Below the pieces are notes generated by a model, which saw only the letters and a program-made list of their open reading frames with translations, had not been told where the DNA came from and searched no databases. The position numbers were made by a program, and so were the translations under genes. Shown here in pieces: positions 62,728 through 64,000 of a stretch of 64,000 nucleotides of DNA (position 1 is the first letter of the stretch; the number at the start of each line of letters is the position of its first letter). The stretch covers positions 17,422-81,421 of the forward strand of contig JAQGDQ010000726.1 of the NCBI GenBank assembly GCA_030141605.1, read 5' to 3'. Origin of the DNA: Tubiluchus corallicola (taxonomy: Eukaryota > Animalia > Priapulida).

Positions 62728-64000
62728 TTGAATTCGTGAGTGTAATGAAAACAGAGTTACGTATGATTGTATCAGATCAATGGCTCTGCTTGGTTTCTAC
62801 CATTTAGATTAGAATTCAGAGGAGTTCTGGTATTTTGTGCCCAGAAAGCACACCGGGCTCACATCTTAATTAGCAGGTACTTGAGAAAGCCGGTCCATCG
62901 TAGCATGTTATTAAGGTTTGCACGTTTACAAGCACGTGCAAGCAAAACGTACATGCACCTGCATGCTGCAAGAGAATAGCCAAATGCTTCACATTCCGGA
63001 TTAGCATATAATTGAAATTTGAAAGTCTAATTAGGAAAACCTTCTTGAAAAGCACCACAAATACTCACCGACTGAAGTAACTTGGCATGCAATGTGCAGC
63101 TGTCAGGACCCATTTTTTGCTAATCAAAGATCCTCCACATTTGAAACTATTGCGGACGACAAGCGCCACCTGTTGGCAAAACGTTCAGTATTAGAACATC
63201 TGTAAACATCATTTAATCGTGCTTGAAGTTGTTTCATGTTTAAGCACTCAAGCTCATACGCAGAGGTTCAGGTTTAGTGAATTAATGGCATAAACTGACG
63301 ACCGTGTGAAGAAATTCATGTTGATAATGAAAGACATAATTTCAAAACATAGTAGAAAACAGGCCTATGTTGTAAATGGAAAACCCTGTTAAAGGCTGTG
63401 GAAGTTGGAATTGTATATTGTAATTAGGTGCTGCCATCTACGTACTAATCTTGTTACATTCTACCAGCTGACTTACCTTCAGTATAATTGTATGGTCCAG
63501 TGAATAGGACATATACACTGGTCCTTTCCCTATCTAACATTATTGGTTGTTGTGAAGCCTGTGCAACTCTGCGTAGGTCAAGTTCTATACCTGTATACTG
63601 GCTGTGAATCAGGTTTTACTGACTGTTTTTGCTTTCTAGTTTTTGCTCAATGTTCAGTGCAGCAGTTTTGCTACTCATGTTTTCTGTAGCTCAATAAACA
63701 CTTTTCTGTTGTGTGCAGTGCAAATATTTATTATAGATTTTTGGTTGCTATTCATACTTCTCTGTGCCTAAACTCAACCACAACAAAGTGACTGAATAAC
63801 AACTTCAAAAATGACTTTCACAAATTTGGATGAACCGGCTTTCTCAAGTACATGCTAATTAAGATGTGAGCCCGGTGTGCTTTCTGGGCACAAAATACCA
63901 GAACTCCTCTGAATTCTAATCTAAATGGAAGAAACCAAGCAGAGCCATTTATCTGATACAATTATGCATAAATCTGTTTTCTTTACACTCACGAATTCAA
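62728..64000. repeat. Long inverted repeat (arms of at least 170 bp) or foldback element, cut by the window end
   Basis: 62728-62899 is the reverse complement of 63829-64000 with scattered mismatches. Confidence 0.9.

Overview
AT-rich, intron-containing animal (invertebrate-type) genomic DNA with no prokaryotic features. Most ORFs in the six-frame track are repeat artefacts, so the real genes were reconstructed by hand from GT-AG splice sites and phase matching. Contents: (1) a minus-strand S1A serine protease running off the left edge (4 exons, 1-2858); (2) a minus-strand modular gene made of tandem calcium-binding EGF exons and three C-type-lectin-like domains (14640-27018), with an internal 1.3-kb duplication, one EGF exon carrying a Cys->TGA change and one dead EGF exon; (3) two tandem intronless class-A GPCR paralogues (35593-37769) directly downstream of a 40-bp minisatellite; (4) a complete plus-strand chymotrypsin/brachyurin-like protease (7 coding exons, 50353-59973, 274 aa) and an activation-site exon of a third protease (62547-62714). 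Between these lie an internally deleted BEL/Pao LTR element, a Gypsy-type RT fragment, a solo LTR, LINE remnants, hAT and piggyBac MITEs, a satellite-carrying TIR element present twice, a long inverted repeat at the right edge, and many mini- and microsatellites. One 59-bp satellite contains about 40 GGTCAnnnTGACC palindromes. All family calls come from motif recognition; no database search was run.
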